From Clostridia bacterium (GTDB lineage: Bacteria > Bacillota > Clostridia > Christensenellales > Borkfalkiaceae): a stretch of DNA of 64,000 nt. Location: the NCBI GenBank assembly GCA_017504655.1, contig JAFVQT010000036.1, positions 33,062 to 97,061 on the forward strand, given 5' to 3'. Position 1 is the stretch's first letter, and each line of letters opens with the position of its first letter. The position numbers and the translations under genes are program-made. The notes under the pieces were generated by a model. It worked only from the letters and a program-made list of their open reading frames with translations. It had not been told where the DNA came from and ran no database searches. Shown here piece after piece: positions 27,608 to 36,568 of the stretch.

Positions 27608-30253
27608 ATGAAAAACTTTGGTTTGACCGATTCTCAGGTTGAAGAATCACGGCTCAAACACGGTAGCAATGCTTTAACCGAGCAGGCTACCGAGGGATTT
27701 TGGAGTAAGCTTTGGGGCAACTTTGGCGATCCGATGATTAAAATACTTTGCGTTGCGCTTATCGTAAACGTAGTATTTGCTTGTCTTGGACAGGTAGAGT
27801 GGTATGAGTCGGTGGGTATTGCGGCTGCAGTGCTTATAGCTACATTAGTTTCAACTTTTTCTGAATACAAAAATGAAAATGCATTTAGAAAGCTGCAGAG
27901 TGAGGCTTCACAAATTAAATGTAAAGCGTACCGCAACGGTGAGGTTGTGGAAATTTCCATTAACGACATAGTTGTCGGTGACTGCATTATTTTACAGTCC
28001 GGCGATAAAATTCCCGCAGACGGTATTTTGGTTGACGGAAATATTCAGGTTGACCAATCGGTATTAAACGGTGAAGCAAAAGAGGCAAATAAGGTAGTTG
28101 CGCCCGAGGGCTACGTAGACGAAGATACCACTACCGACTTTTTAAATCAGTATAAGGTTTTCCGCGGTTCTGTAGTTTGCATGGGCAGTGCAATTATGCA
28201 AGTAGTAACCGTTGGCGATAAGTCTGTTTACGGTCAAATTGCAAGCGAATTACAGTCTGAGGACGATAGAGAAACTCCGCTTAAGGTTAAGCTCGGTCAC
28301 CTCGCAGGTCAAATAAGTAAGTTCGGTTATTTTGGAGGTATTGCAATTGCTGTCGCATTCCTTTTTCAACGCTTCTTTATTCATAACGGCTTTGATTGGG
28401 CAAAGATAACCGAGTATTTCACAGGCAACTGGATGGCTCCCGTTAACGACGTGGTCAGCGCGGTAATGCTTGCCGTTATCATCATAGTTATGGCAGTGCC
28501 GGAGGGCTTGCCTTTGATGATAGCAATAGTTTCAGCTCAAAACATGGGCAAGATGCTTAAGGATAACGTTTTAGTACGTAAGGTGTCCGGTATCGAAACT
28601 GCAGGCAGTATAAATATTTTATTCAGCGACAAAACCGGTACTATCACTAAGGGTCAGCTTGAGGCAGTCGTTTTTGTAAACGGTGAAAGCAAGGAGTACA
28701 AACAGTTTAATTCAGTACCCGAAAAGCTCAACAGCCTCCTTGCGTTAAACGTAAGGTATAACACCAACACGATTATTTCCGGTGAAGGCAAAAAGCTCAA
28801 CATCGTAGGCGGTAACGCTACCGAAAGAGCTCTCGTTTCATACGTTGCAAACGATCCGTTCAAGGCGAGCGTAACTGTTGGAAATAAGATACCGTTTAAC
28901 AGTCAGAACAAGTATTCTGCTGCAAGAGTAAGCGGTGATTATAATACGACGCTCATAAAGGGCGCACCCGAAAAAATTCTTTCTCAGTGTAAATACTACT
29001 ACAACGAAAACGGTGAAAAGGTTGCAATTGAGGACGGTTGGAAGAAATTAAACGCTTCTATCGACTCGTTAGCTCAAAGAGCTATCCGCGTACTGGCGTT
29101 GGCAACCTGTGACGAAGAGCTTGTTGATGAATCTCTTCCTCAAGGCGATTGGACTCTTATCGGTGTAGTCGGTATACGCGACGAGGTAAGACCCGAATCA
29201 ATAGTTGCTATCGATAAGGTTCAAAAGGCAGGCGTACAGGTAGTTATGATTACGGGTGACCGTAAGGATACTGCTATTGCAATAGCAAAGGAAGCAGGCG
29301 TATTAAAGGCAGATACAGACCTCGTATTTACGTCTGACGAAATTGCAAGCATGAGCGACGAAGAGCTTAAGGATAAGCTTCCTAACATCCGTGTGGTTGC
29401 AAGAGCCCTTCCAAGCGACAAGAGCCGTTTTGTAAGAGTTGCTCAAGAGTTAAATCTCGTAGTAGGTATGACGGGTGACGGCGTAAACGATTCACCTGCG
29501 CTCAAAAAGGCAGACGTTGGCTTTGCTATGGGCGGTGGAACAGAGGTTGCTAAGGAAGCGAGCGAAATTGTTATCTTAGACGATAACTTCAATTCAATTC
29601 AAAAGGCAGTTCACTACGGCAGAACGATTTTCAACAGCATCCGTAAGTTTATTGTCTTCCAGCTTACAATCAACGTAACGGCAGTATTGATTTCATTCAT
29701 TGCACCTCTTCTCGGTATGGAGAATCCGTTGACCATTACTCAGATTCTTTGGGTAAACCTCGTAATGGATACCTTAGCCGCGTTGGCATTTGGCGGTGAG
29801 CCGGCTCTTGATAAATACATGAACGAAAAGCCAAAGCGCAGAGATGAGCCTATTGTAAGCGCAAACATGTGGACGTCGATACTCGTCGGAAGTCTTTGGG
29901 TATTTGCTCTCAGCATGGTATTTATCTTCTGCCCGCCGATCGTTAAGCTGTTCAGAGCAAATAACCATTTGACCGGCTATTTCGCATTCTTCATTTTTGC
30001 AGCGGTATTCAATGCGTTCAACGCAAGAACGGACGAAATCAATCTTTTCAAGCATATTAGAAAGAATGCTGGCTTTATAAGAATGATTGCTCTTATAACC
30101 GCAGTTCAGATTCTTCTTACATACTTAGGCGGTGAAATATTCGGCTGTCACGGATTAAACCTTCAGGAATGGGCTATTGTTATCGGCATGGCAATTACGA
30201 TTATCCCTGTCGATATCGTAAGAAAGCTCGTTGTTAAAAAAATTATAAAATAA
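27608..30253 (+). CDS. P-type (P2-type) Ca2+-transporting ATPase.
   Basis: It has the DKTGTITKG phosphorylation motif, MITGDRKDTAIAIA, GDGVNDSPALKKADVGFAMG and about 10 TM helices. An ATG at 27608 with an AAGGAGG RBS is preferred over the upstream ATG at 27554 used in the ORF track. Confidence 0.9.
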   Translation: MKNFGLTDSQVEESRLKHGSNALTEQATEGFWSKLWGNFGDPMIKILCVALIVNVVFACLGQVEWYESVGIAAAVLIATLVSTFSEYKNENAFRKLQSEASQIKCKAYRNGEVVEISINDIVVGDCIILQSGDKIPADGILVDGNIQVDQSVLNGEAKEANKVVAPEGYVDEDTTTDFLNQYKVFRGSVVCMGSAIMQVVTVGDKSVYGQIASELQSEDDRETPLKVKLGHLAGQISKFGYFGGIAIAVAFLFQRFFIHNGFDWAKITEYFTGNWMAPVNDVVSAVMLAVIIIVMAVPEGLPLMIAIVSAQNMGKMLKDNVLVRKVSGIETAGSINILFSDKTGTITKGQLEAVVFVNGESKEYKQFNSVPEKLNSLLALNVRYNTNTIISGEGKKLNIVGGNATERALVSYVANDPFKASVTVGNKIPFNSQNKYSAARVSGDYNTTLIKGAPEKILSQCKYYYNENGEKVAIEDGWKKLNASIDSLAQRAIRVLALATCDEELVDESLPQGDWTLIGVVGIRDEVRPESIVAIDKVQKAGVQVVMITGDRKDTAIAIAKEAGVLKADTDLVFTSDEIASMSDEELKDKLPNIRVVARALPSDKSRFVRVAQELNLVVGMTGDGVNDSPALKKADVGFAMGGGTEVAKEASEIVILDDNFNSIQKAVHYGRTIFNSIRKFIVFQLTINVTAVLISFIAPLLGMENPLTITQILWVNLVMDTLAALAFGGEPALDKYMNEKPKRRDEPIVSANMWTSILVGSLWVFALSMVFIFCPPIVKLFRANNHLTGYFAFFIFAAVFNAFNARTDEINLFKHIRKNAGFIRMIALITAVQILLTYLGGEIFGCHGLNLQEWAIVIGMAITIIPVDIVRKLVVKKIIK

Positions 30254-30278
30254 ACAAGGTAAATAAGGAGATAGGAAA

Positions 30279-30851
30279 ATGTCAGTTAATTTACAAAAAG
30301 GTCAAAAGGTCAATTTAAGAAAGGAAAACAAAGAGGTTTTAAGACGTATTATGGTAGGTCTTGGCTGGGATGAGGCCGGCCGTTATTCGGAAGACGTAGA
30401 CTGTGATGCAAGTGCTATTCTTTGCAAGAGAGGAAAGCTGGCTGATTTTAGAGACGACGTAGTATTTTACAATCATCTCCGTCATGCAACGGGTGCGGTA
30501 GTTCACCAAGGTGATAATTTAACCGGCGAAGGGGACGGTGACGACGAGCAGATTTTCGTTGACCTCGGTGCTTTACCCTCTGAGTACGACAGAATCATTT
30601 TTGTAGTCACTATTTATCAGGCGCGCGAAAGGCGTCAGCATTTCGGCATGATAGAAAACGCATTTATCCGTATTTGCGATGCTTCAACAGATGTGGAATT
30701 CTGTAAGTTTGACCTTTCCGAGAATTATAACGGAGCAACGGCTATGATAGTCGGCGAAATGGTGAAGGATGCGGGTGAGTGGAAGTTCAACGCTATAGGT
30801 TATCCAACCGTTGACAACAGCATTCTTGAAATTGCCAGACGCTTTGAATAA
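30279..30851 (+). CDS. TerD-family protein, paralog 1 (TerD/TerE/TerZ/CABP-type Ca2+-binding stress protein).
   Basis: It matches the TerD signature along its length: LQKGQKVNL...VGLGWD...DVDCDASAIL, the acidic Ca2+-binding loop GDNLTGEGDGDDEQIFVDL, and the C-terminus EWKFNAIGY. Confidence 0.85.
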   Translation: MSVNLQKGQKVNLRKENKEVLRRIMVGLGWDEAGRYSEDVDCDASAILCKRGKLADFRDDVVFYNHLRHATGAVVHQGDNLTGEGDGDDEQIFVDLGALPSEYDRIIFVVTIYQARERRQHFGMIENAFIRICDASTDVEFCKFDLSENYNGATAMIVGEMVKDAGEWKFNAIGYPTVDNSILEIARRFE

Positions 30852-30942
30852 TTGATTTTAACCGATTGCAAATTTCCCCTTGCGGGAGATTTGCCGCTCG
30901 GTTGATAAAATGAAATTGTGCTTAATAAAAGGAGAAATAAAC

Positions 30943-31530
30943 ATGATTAATCTTTCTAAGGGTCAAAAAATAAGCCTTGATAAAAATATGAATCTCTGTC
31001 TTGTGGGGCTTGGCTGGGATCCAAACAAGTATAAGGGCGGAGCAACCTTCGATTTAGACGCATCCGTATTTTTACTCGGTGCAAACGGAAAGGTTATGAG
31101 CGATGAGGATTTTGTATTCTATTCAAATCCCACTCACTCAAGCGGTTCCGTAAAGTCACTCGGTGACGACCGTACGGGCGGAAAAAGTGATACCGGAGAT
31201 GATGAGAAAATTATAATCAATCTTTCTCGCGTTCCCGCTCACGTGCAAAAGATGGTTATAGTTATCACTATTTACGACGCAGTTGCAAAAAAACAAAATT
31301 TCGGACAGGTATCTAACGCTTACGTAAGAGTTGTTAAAATTAAAAACGAACAGGACGAGGTTGGCGAAGAGGTTGTTAAATTTGAGCTTGACGAGGAGTT
31401 TTCTAACGAAACCTCGGTTGCTGCGTGTGAAATCACCAGAAGCGGAAGTGATTGGAAATTCGGCGCTCTCGGCATTGGATATCAATGCGAGCTTGACGGA
31501 CTTTGCCGTATGTTTGGCATAGACGTTTAA
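30943..31530 (+). CDS. TerD-family protein, paralog 2.
   Basis: It contains MINLSKGQKISL...VGLGWDP...DLDASVFLL...GDDRTGGKSDTGDDEKIIINL...DWKFGALG. A start at 30943 (AAAGGAG RBS) is preferred over the track's 30880. It is about 75% identical to paralog 3. Confidence 0.85.
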   Translation: MINLSKGQKISLDKNMNLCLVGLGWDPNKYKGGATFDLDASVFLLGANGKVMSDEDFVFYSNPTHSSGSVKSLGDDRTGGKSDTGDDEKIIINLSRVPAHVQKMVIVITIYDAVAKKQNFGQVSNAYVRVVKIKNEQDEVGEEVVKFELDEEFSNETSVAACEITRSGSDWKFGALGIGYQCELDGLCRMFGIDV

Positions 31531-31580
31531 TTTAAATTAAAAATTAATTTTAAGATTTGTACAAATAAAGGAGAAATAGT

Positions 31581-32168
31581 ATGGTTAATCTTTCTAAGGG
31601 CCAAAGAGTGAGCCTTGATAAGGGTATGAGATTGTGTTTGGTAGGTCTTGGATGGGATCCTAACAGATATCGTGGAAGTTATGATTTTGACTTGGATGCA
31701 TCTGTATTTTTGCTCGGACCTAACGGTAGAGTAAGAAGTGATGAGGATTTTGTTTTCTACGGAAATCAGGTACATAAGAGCGGTTCGGTTAAATCGCTTG
31801 GTGACGACCGTACGGGTGGAAACAGTGAGGACGGTGACGATGAGCAGATTATTATTGATTTAAGCAGAGTTCCCTCTTACGTAACCCGTATTGCAGTTAC
31901 CGTAACCATATACGATGCTCAGGCAAGACGTCAAAACTTCGGTCAGGTATCAAACGCATACGTAAGAGTTGTTAAGATCAGAAACGAGGGGGACGAGGAC
32001 GGCTATGAGGTTGTTCGTTACGACCTTGACGAGGAATTTGCCGATGAAACCGCAATCGTTGCATGTGAAATTTCACGTAACGGAAGCGAATGGAAGTTCA
32101 GCGCGGTAGGAGCAGGCTACAGAGGTGAGCTTGCAGCGCTTTGCCGTAAATTCGGCGTTGACGTTTAA
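31581..32168 (+). CDS. TerD-family protein, paralog 3.
   Basis: It contains MVNLSKGQRVSL...VGLGWDP...DLDASVFLL...GDDRTGGNSEDGDDEQIIIDL...EWKFSAVG and has an AAAGGAG RBS. Confidence 0.85.
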   Translation: MVNLSKGQRVSLDKGMRLCLVGLGWDPNRYRGSYDFDLDASVFLLGPNGRVRSDEDFVFYGNQVHKSGSVKSLGDDRTGGNSEDGDDEQIIIDLSRVPSYVTRIAVTVTIYDAQARRQNFGQVSNAYVRVVKIRNEGDEDGYEVVRYDLDEEFADETAIVACEISRNGSEWKFSAVGAGYRGELAALCRKFGVDV

Positions 32169-32243
32169 TAATTTACAAAAAGCGGACTTGCGCATTCGCG
32201 TAAGTCCTTGACTGTACAAAAATATTGAGTTTTATCAGAGAGG

Positions 32244-33473
32244 ATGACTATGAGCTTTCAATCTTTTTGTTCAAAATGCGGTGGGCAGTTAATACAGCAG
32301 GACGAAAACACCTTTAAGTGTAAGTTTTGCGATTCAATTTACCGTGAAGACACGTTAAAGAAGGAGATTGATGCACTTTCGCTGTTATTGGACGAGAAAA
32401 AGAGAGAAGAGATTTCCAATTTAAAAAGGGAACTTTGGAAAAAGGCAAACGAGGAGTTTTTAGACAGTAAAGAGATTTTACGTCTTTGTCAAGAGGTGAA
32501 AAAGCTCGTTCCGGACGATTTTTATGCTAATTTTTACGAGGCGGCAAACTCGGATAACGAGGACCGTCTTGTCAGCATGCTTGAATGTATGGACGTGATA
32601 GAGCATTACGACGATATAGAGGACGTTATCGAATACTGCCTTAAATCAATTACGCCTAAAAATATGCTTGCAATATGCAATCTTATCGAAAAGGCATTCA
32701 AGCAAAACGATCTTTCTAAATATAACGAATACAGGACAAGGTACGACGAAAAGTGCGTGCTTATAAACGATTGCGTTTATGACCCTGCATATCCGCGTGA
32801 CGTATTCGTCTGCTATTCAAGTAAGGATATGCCAAAGGTAGAGGAGCTTGTAAAATTCTTAGAGGAGCAAGGTCTTTTATGCTTTGTTGCAATGCGTAAC
32901 CTTCAGCACGGAAGAGGGGCTGTTCAAAATTATTGGAATGCCCTGCACACGGCTATTGAAAGCTGTAAATGCGTTGTATTTTTATCTTCGACGAATTCAA
33001 GAGATATGCATTGCGATGCGTTGCAGGAGCTCAGATACGTACTGTCACTCGAGCAAAAGCTCAATAAAAAGATTAAGAGAATAGAGTATCTTCTCGAAAA
33101 TTATACGGGCGCAGTGGTTGAAAGAAACTTCAAGCGCATATTCGAGGGGTTGGAATATTGCTACGACGTAGATACGGTTTACGACAGAATAATGTGGGAC
33201 GACGATGAGGTTGCCGTTCCCGAGGTTCAAAGCCCCGAGATTTCCGTGCAAAAGGAAATAAAGTATTGCGTAAACTGCGGTAAAGAAAATTTAGACAGCG
33301 CAAAGTTTTGCTCAGATTGCGGAAAGGACGTTTTCGTTGCGACACACGAGGAATACGTGGAGCAGTTGAAAAAGCAAAGAGAGGAGCTTGAAGCGTTAAG
33401 GCAGTCCTTAGCAAGTGCAAACCAGCAGGTTGAGGAACAAAAAAGGATAGCCGAAGAGCAGAAAAGCAGGTAG
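32244..33473 (+). CDS. Zinc-ribbon / TIR-domain / zinc-ribbon / coiled-coil protein. It is probably the 5' part of a longer TIR-TerD gene interrupted by a frameshift.
   Basis: The N-terminus CSKCGG...CKFCDS is a zinc ribbon. The TIR signature is RDVFVCYSSKDMPKVEELVKFLEEQGLLCFVAMRNLQHGRG...CKCVVFLSSTNSRDMHCDALQEL. A second zinc ribbon is CVNCGKENLDSAKFCSDCGK. The gene ends in an AEEQ-rich coiled coil, and an alternative start lies at 32250. Confidence 0.75.
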   Translation: MTMSFQSFCSKCGGQLIQQDENTFKCKFCDSIYREDTLKKEIDALSLLLDEKKREEISNLKRELWKKANEEFLDSKEILRLCQEVKKLVPDDFYANFYEAANSDNEDRLVSMLECMDVIEHYDDIEDVIEYCLKSITPKNMLAICNLIEKAFKQNDLSKYNEYRTRYDEKCVLINDCVYDPAYPRDVFVCYSSKDMPKVEELVKFLEEQGLLCFVAMRNLQHGRGAVQNYWNALHTAIESCKCVVFLSSTNSRDMHCDALQELRYVLSLEQKLNKKIKRIEYLLENYTGAVVERNFKRIFEGLEYCYDVDTVYDRIMWDDDEVAVPEVQSPEISVQKEIKYCVNCGKENLDSAKFCSDCGKDVFVATHEEYVEQLKKQREELEALRQSLASANQQVEEQKRIAEEQKSR

Positions 33474-34264
33474 AGGAGCATAAAAAGCAAGCCGAAGAGC
33501 AAAAAAAGAAGGCTGAAGAGCAAATAAGGCAAGCCGAGCAAAGAAGACGGCAAGAGTCTGACTCTCAAATCCCTCAGCCGTCTAAGGTCGTTCAGCACGA
33601 TTATGCAGACGATGAATACGACGCTTATTTGCATGGTGATATGCAATTTGAGGACGTAGACCCTGAGGAGGATTACTATGAGGACACCTATCTTCAAGGT
33701 CGCAGGGCAGACGTTGCAACGCTTTATACGGGCGATGAGTTTATGGAGCTTATAAAGGGGCAGAACGTAATTTTGCCCGAGGGAATAAGAAAGGCACGTG
33801 TAACCGTTGAAAACGATTATAAGCTTGATAACGTAGTAGCCGATTTATATGTGTTTATGCTCGATAACAACGACCAGGTGCTTTCTGAATCAGATTTGAT
33901 ATTTTTCGGTAATACTTCGTCTTTGAATAAATCTGTCAGCATGACCGAGGACGAGGACTGTAACGTAGTAGATATTTCCTTTAACAAAGTAAATCAGGAC
34001 GTTTCGAAAATCCGTTTCATAATGTCTATGAATATGGAAGACGGCAGAATAAGAAACTTTTCAATGGTCAGGTCATCCAGCATTACGGTTTTACTTGAAG
34101 AGAGAGCCTTCGTTATTAATCTTGAAAACTTTGACAGATTTGAAAGTGTTCTGGCAATAGAGTTTTTAAGGATCAGAAACAAATGGAAGCTCAGCGTTCA
34201 GGTTGCCGGCTTTAAGGACAGTATAACTGCTATATGCGGTGACTACGGAATAGACGTAGAGTAA
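33434..34264 (+). CDS. Coiled-coil plus a divergent TerD domain. The reading frame is open upstream to 33434 and probably continues the TIR gene via a frameshift (the ORF track gives TTG 33629..34264).
   Basis: This frame reads ...QVEEHKKQAEEQKKKAEEQIRQAEQRRRQESD... and then a TerD-like domain (LIKGQNVILPEG...VVADLYVFMLDNNDQVLSESDLIFFGN...VVDISFNKV...IRFIMSM...KWKLSVQVAGF...ICGDYGIDVE). The domain lacks the canonical GDDxTG...GDDE Ca2+ loop and has no RBS or ATG of its own. Confidence 0.6.
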   Translation, partial: GTKKDSRRAEKQVEEHKKQAEEQKKKAEEQIRQAEQRRRQESDSQIPQPSKVVQHDYADDEYDAYLHGDMQFEDVDPEEDYYEDTYLQGRRADVATLYTGDEFMELIKGQNVILPEGIRKARVTVENDYKLDNVVADLYVFMLDNNDQVLSESDLIFFGNTSSLNKSVSMTEDEDCNVVDISFNKVNQDVSKIRFIMSMNMEDGRIRNFSMVRSSSITVLLEERAFVINLENFDRFESVLAIEFLRIRNKWKLSVQVAGFKDSITAICGDYGIDVE

Positions 34265-34306
34265 AAGTCACAATATAGATAAATAAGTAATATAAGGAGA
34301 ACGAAT

Positions 34307-34888
34307 ATGCCTATTTTCTCTAAAAAGAACAAGAAGAGTCCCGAGGAGATTAAAAAGGAGCGCGAGGCTAAAATTGCCAGCACCTCAAATTCTCTTCGTT
34401 TACAGATAGTAACTCTTGAAAAAAAGAAAGAGGTCTTGCTTGGAAAGGTAATGGAAGCTAAAAATAAGGGTCTTAAGGAGCAAGAGCTTCAGGCAAGAAA
34501 TCTCTTAAAGCAGACTATGGCTGCTATAAAGAGAGAAAACGGAATGCTGATGACACTTGAGCTTGCCGTTCAGTCGCGTGATTTAGCTCAGCTCAACGCT
34601 AACTTTTTGGAAAGCATCGGTTCGCTTTCAGACGATATTTTAAGCTCAGGCAAGGTTACGAGCGAGGCAAACGCAAAGCGTATAGGAAACAAATTTTTAC
34701 GCGCCGTATACGAGTCTAATCAGCAAAAGGAGCGTATTGACGATATGCTTGCAATAGGTGATTATTCATCTGTAATCAGCAGCGACGGTGATCAGTATGC
34801 GGAATTTGACGACGAAATAGACAGTATGCTCGAAAATGCTCAGGATACGCAAGTAGGGTATAACACGCCTAATAGAAACCGCTATTAA
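34307..34888 (+). CDS. Snf7/ESCRT-III-like (PspA/Vipp1 superfamily) coiled-coil protein.
   Basis: KKSPEEIKKEREAKIA...LQIVTLEKKKEVLLGKVMEAKNKGLKEQELQARNLLKQTMAAIKRENGMLMTLELAVQS aligns by eye with eukaryotic Snf7/CHMP4 (KKSPQEAIQKLRETEEMLEKKQEFLEKKIEQELETAKKNAKKNKRAALQALKRKK...). It has an acidic C-terminus and an AAGGAG RBS. Confidence 0.6.
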   Translation: MPIFSKKNKKSPEEIKKEREAKIASTSNSLRLQIVTLEKKKEVLLGKVMEAKNKGLKEQELQARNLLKQTMAAIKRENGMLMTLELAVQSRDLAQLNANFLESIGSLSDDILSSGKVTSEANAKRIGNKFLRAVYESNQQKERIDDMLAIGDYSSVISSDGDQYAEFDDEIDSMLENAQDTQVGYNTPNRNRY

Positions 34889-34902
34889 TTAGGAGGTGGA
34901 AT

Positions 34903-36558
34903 ATGGGTTTTCGCGATTTTAAAAAAGAATTGGAAAGAAAGAGAGAGCAAGAGGAAACCATGCGTGAATTAAATTCCGCAATTTCCACGCTCACGAGAAA
35001 GCGTGACAGTTATACAAAGCAGGCTAAAGAAGCGTTAAAGTCGGGAAACACTTCTCAATATAACGCAATGGTTGCACTGCTTAGGCACGCAATATTTAAT
35101 CTTAAGCAAGCCCAGGATATGGTTGCAAATTTCACAATTGCAAGAGATATGTGTGAGATGCAGCATCTTAACAAAAAATTTGTCAAATCGTTAAATTCAG
35201 TAATGAATAACGTATACAAAACGTGCAAGGCAATACACGTAAGTACGAGTGAAAAGACTTTTATGAAGGCTCTTTATCAGCAAAATCAAACCTCGCTTGA
35301 GCTTCAACAGGCGTTGCAGGCAAACAATATGACGTTTGCAAGCAGTGTAGCCTCTCTTTCTGATATTGGCGACGATGAAATTAAAAATCTTTTAAGCGAT
35401 GAGATAGCTGCAGACGAGCAAATGATCGACACCTCGTTAGACGAGCTGGAAAGCTCGCTCTTGGGGTCGGTTGACGGTATCGAAATGCCTAAGGAAAATA
35501 TTGCTACTATCAGCACGCCGAGTGTAATCGGCTCTGCATCTCAGGCTCCCTGTACTTTAGCACCGGTAGCTCCGAGCGAGCATATAACACCTGCGGTCAC
35601 AAGAGAAGAGCCGAAATCCTTTGCAGGTACGCCTGCACCGTCTGCAGAAGGTAAAAAGCGTCCCGAGGACGAGCTTTTGAGCGGAGAGGGCGAAGCGGGT
35701 GATTTCGTTTGGGATAATATTCCGACTATCGGCTTTGATGATATCGCAGGCTTAGACGAGGTTAAAGAGGTGGTTCAGGTTAAGGTACTTCTTCCTCTTA
35801 AAAACCCCGAGGCTTTCGAGGGCTACGAAAAGAAGAACGGTGGTGGCTTGTGTCTTTACGGACCTCCGGGAACGGGTAAGACTATGATTGCCGCTGCAAT
35901 AGCAAAGGAAATCGGCGCAAAGTTCTGCTCGGTTAAGCCGTCTGATTTATTGCAGCAGGGTGCGGGCAATACAGAGCGTGCGGTCAGAACGTTATTCAAG
36001 CAAGCAAGAAAATTCCCTTGTGCCGTAATTTACTTTGACGAAATGGATTCTATTTCGCCAAAGACTACAAGGTCACAGTATGCAAAGCAGCTCAGGTCCG
36101 AGTTTCTTGCTCAGCTTCAAGGTGTAGAGAGCTACGGTAAGGATACGGGTAACCTTCTGTTCCTTATATGTGCGACTAACAAGCCTTGGGATATTGACAG
36201 TGCATTCCTCCGTCCGGGCCGTTTTGGTACTAAAATTTACGTAGGACTTCCCGATGCCCCTGCAAGAGAGTATATGATAAACAAGCGTCTTGCAAAAATC
36301 AAGGCAAAGGGTGTCGTTCGCGTTGGCGACGATCTTGACGTGGCAGGTATCGTAGAGAAAACCAATGGCTTTAATGGCTCTGATATTTCAAATCTTTTAG
36401 ACAGAATTGAAGAGATTTCAATCGTAAGAGGTATCCGTACGGGTGAAAAACTCATCAGCGGTGACGATTTTGATCAAGCCCTTTCAGATATTCACTCATC
36501 GGTACAAACCGAGGATTTGATAAAATTAAAAGAGTGGCGAGAGGAAAACGATTCGTAA
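34903..36558 (+). CDS. AAA+ ATPase (Vps4/katanin-type classical AAA) with an N-terminal ESCRT-III/CHMP2-like coiled-coil region and a Pro/Ala-rich linker.
   Basis: Walker A is LYGPPGTGKTM, Walker B is VIYFDEMDS, and the sensor-1/SRH region is ICATNKPWDIDSAFLRPGRFGTKIYVGLPD. The N-terminal 180 aa (RKREQEETMRELNSAISTL...QAKEALKSGNTSQYNAMVALLRHA...) resemble Vps2/CHMP2-type ESCRT-III. Confidence 0.75.
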   Translation: MGFRDFKKELERKREQEETMRELNSAISTLTRKRDSYTKQAKEALKSGNTSQYNAMVALLRHAIFNLKQAQDMVANFTIARDMCEMQHLNKKFVKSLNSVMNNVYKTCKAIHVSTSEKTFMKALYQQNQTSLELQQALQANNMTFASSVASLSDIGDDEIKNLLSDEIAADEQMIDTSLDELESSLLGSVDGIEMPKENIATISTPSVIGSASQAPCTLAPVAPSEHITPAVTREEPKSFAGTPAPSAEGKKRPEDELLSGEGEAGDFVWDNIPTIGFDDIAGLDEVKEVVQVKVLLPLKNPEAFEGYEKKNGGGLCLYGPPGTGKTMIAAAIAKEIGAKFCSVKPSDLLQQGAGNTERAVRTLFKQARKFPCAVIYFDEMDSISPKTTRSQYAKQLRSEFLAQLQGVESYGKDTGNLLFLICATNKPWDIDSAFLRPGRFGTKIYVGLPDAPAREYMINKRLAKIKAKGVVRVGDDLDVAGIVEKTNGFNGSDISNLLDRIEEISIVRGIRTGEKLISGDDFDQALSDIHSSVQTEDLIKLKEWREENDS

Positions 36559-36568
36559 GGAGGATTGA

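Noticed and set aside
32190-32236. Candidate promoter (TTGACT at 32208-13) in front of the TIR gene.
   Set aside because: No acceptable -10 hexamer lies at 16-18 nt spacing (the best are tttatc and ttttat). The preceding stem-loop lacks a U-tract, so the TIR gene is probably co-transcribed with the TerD genes.
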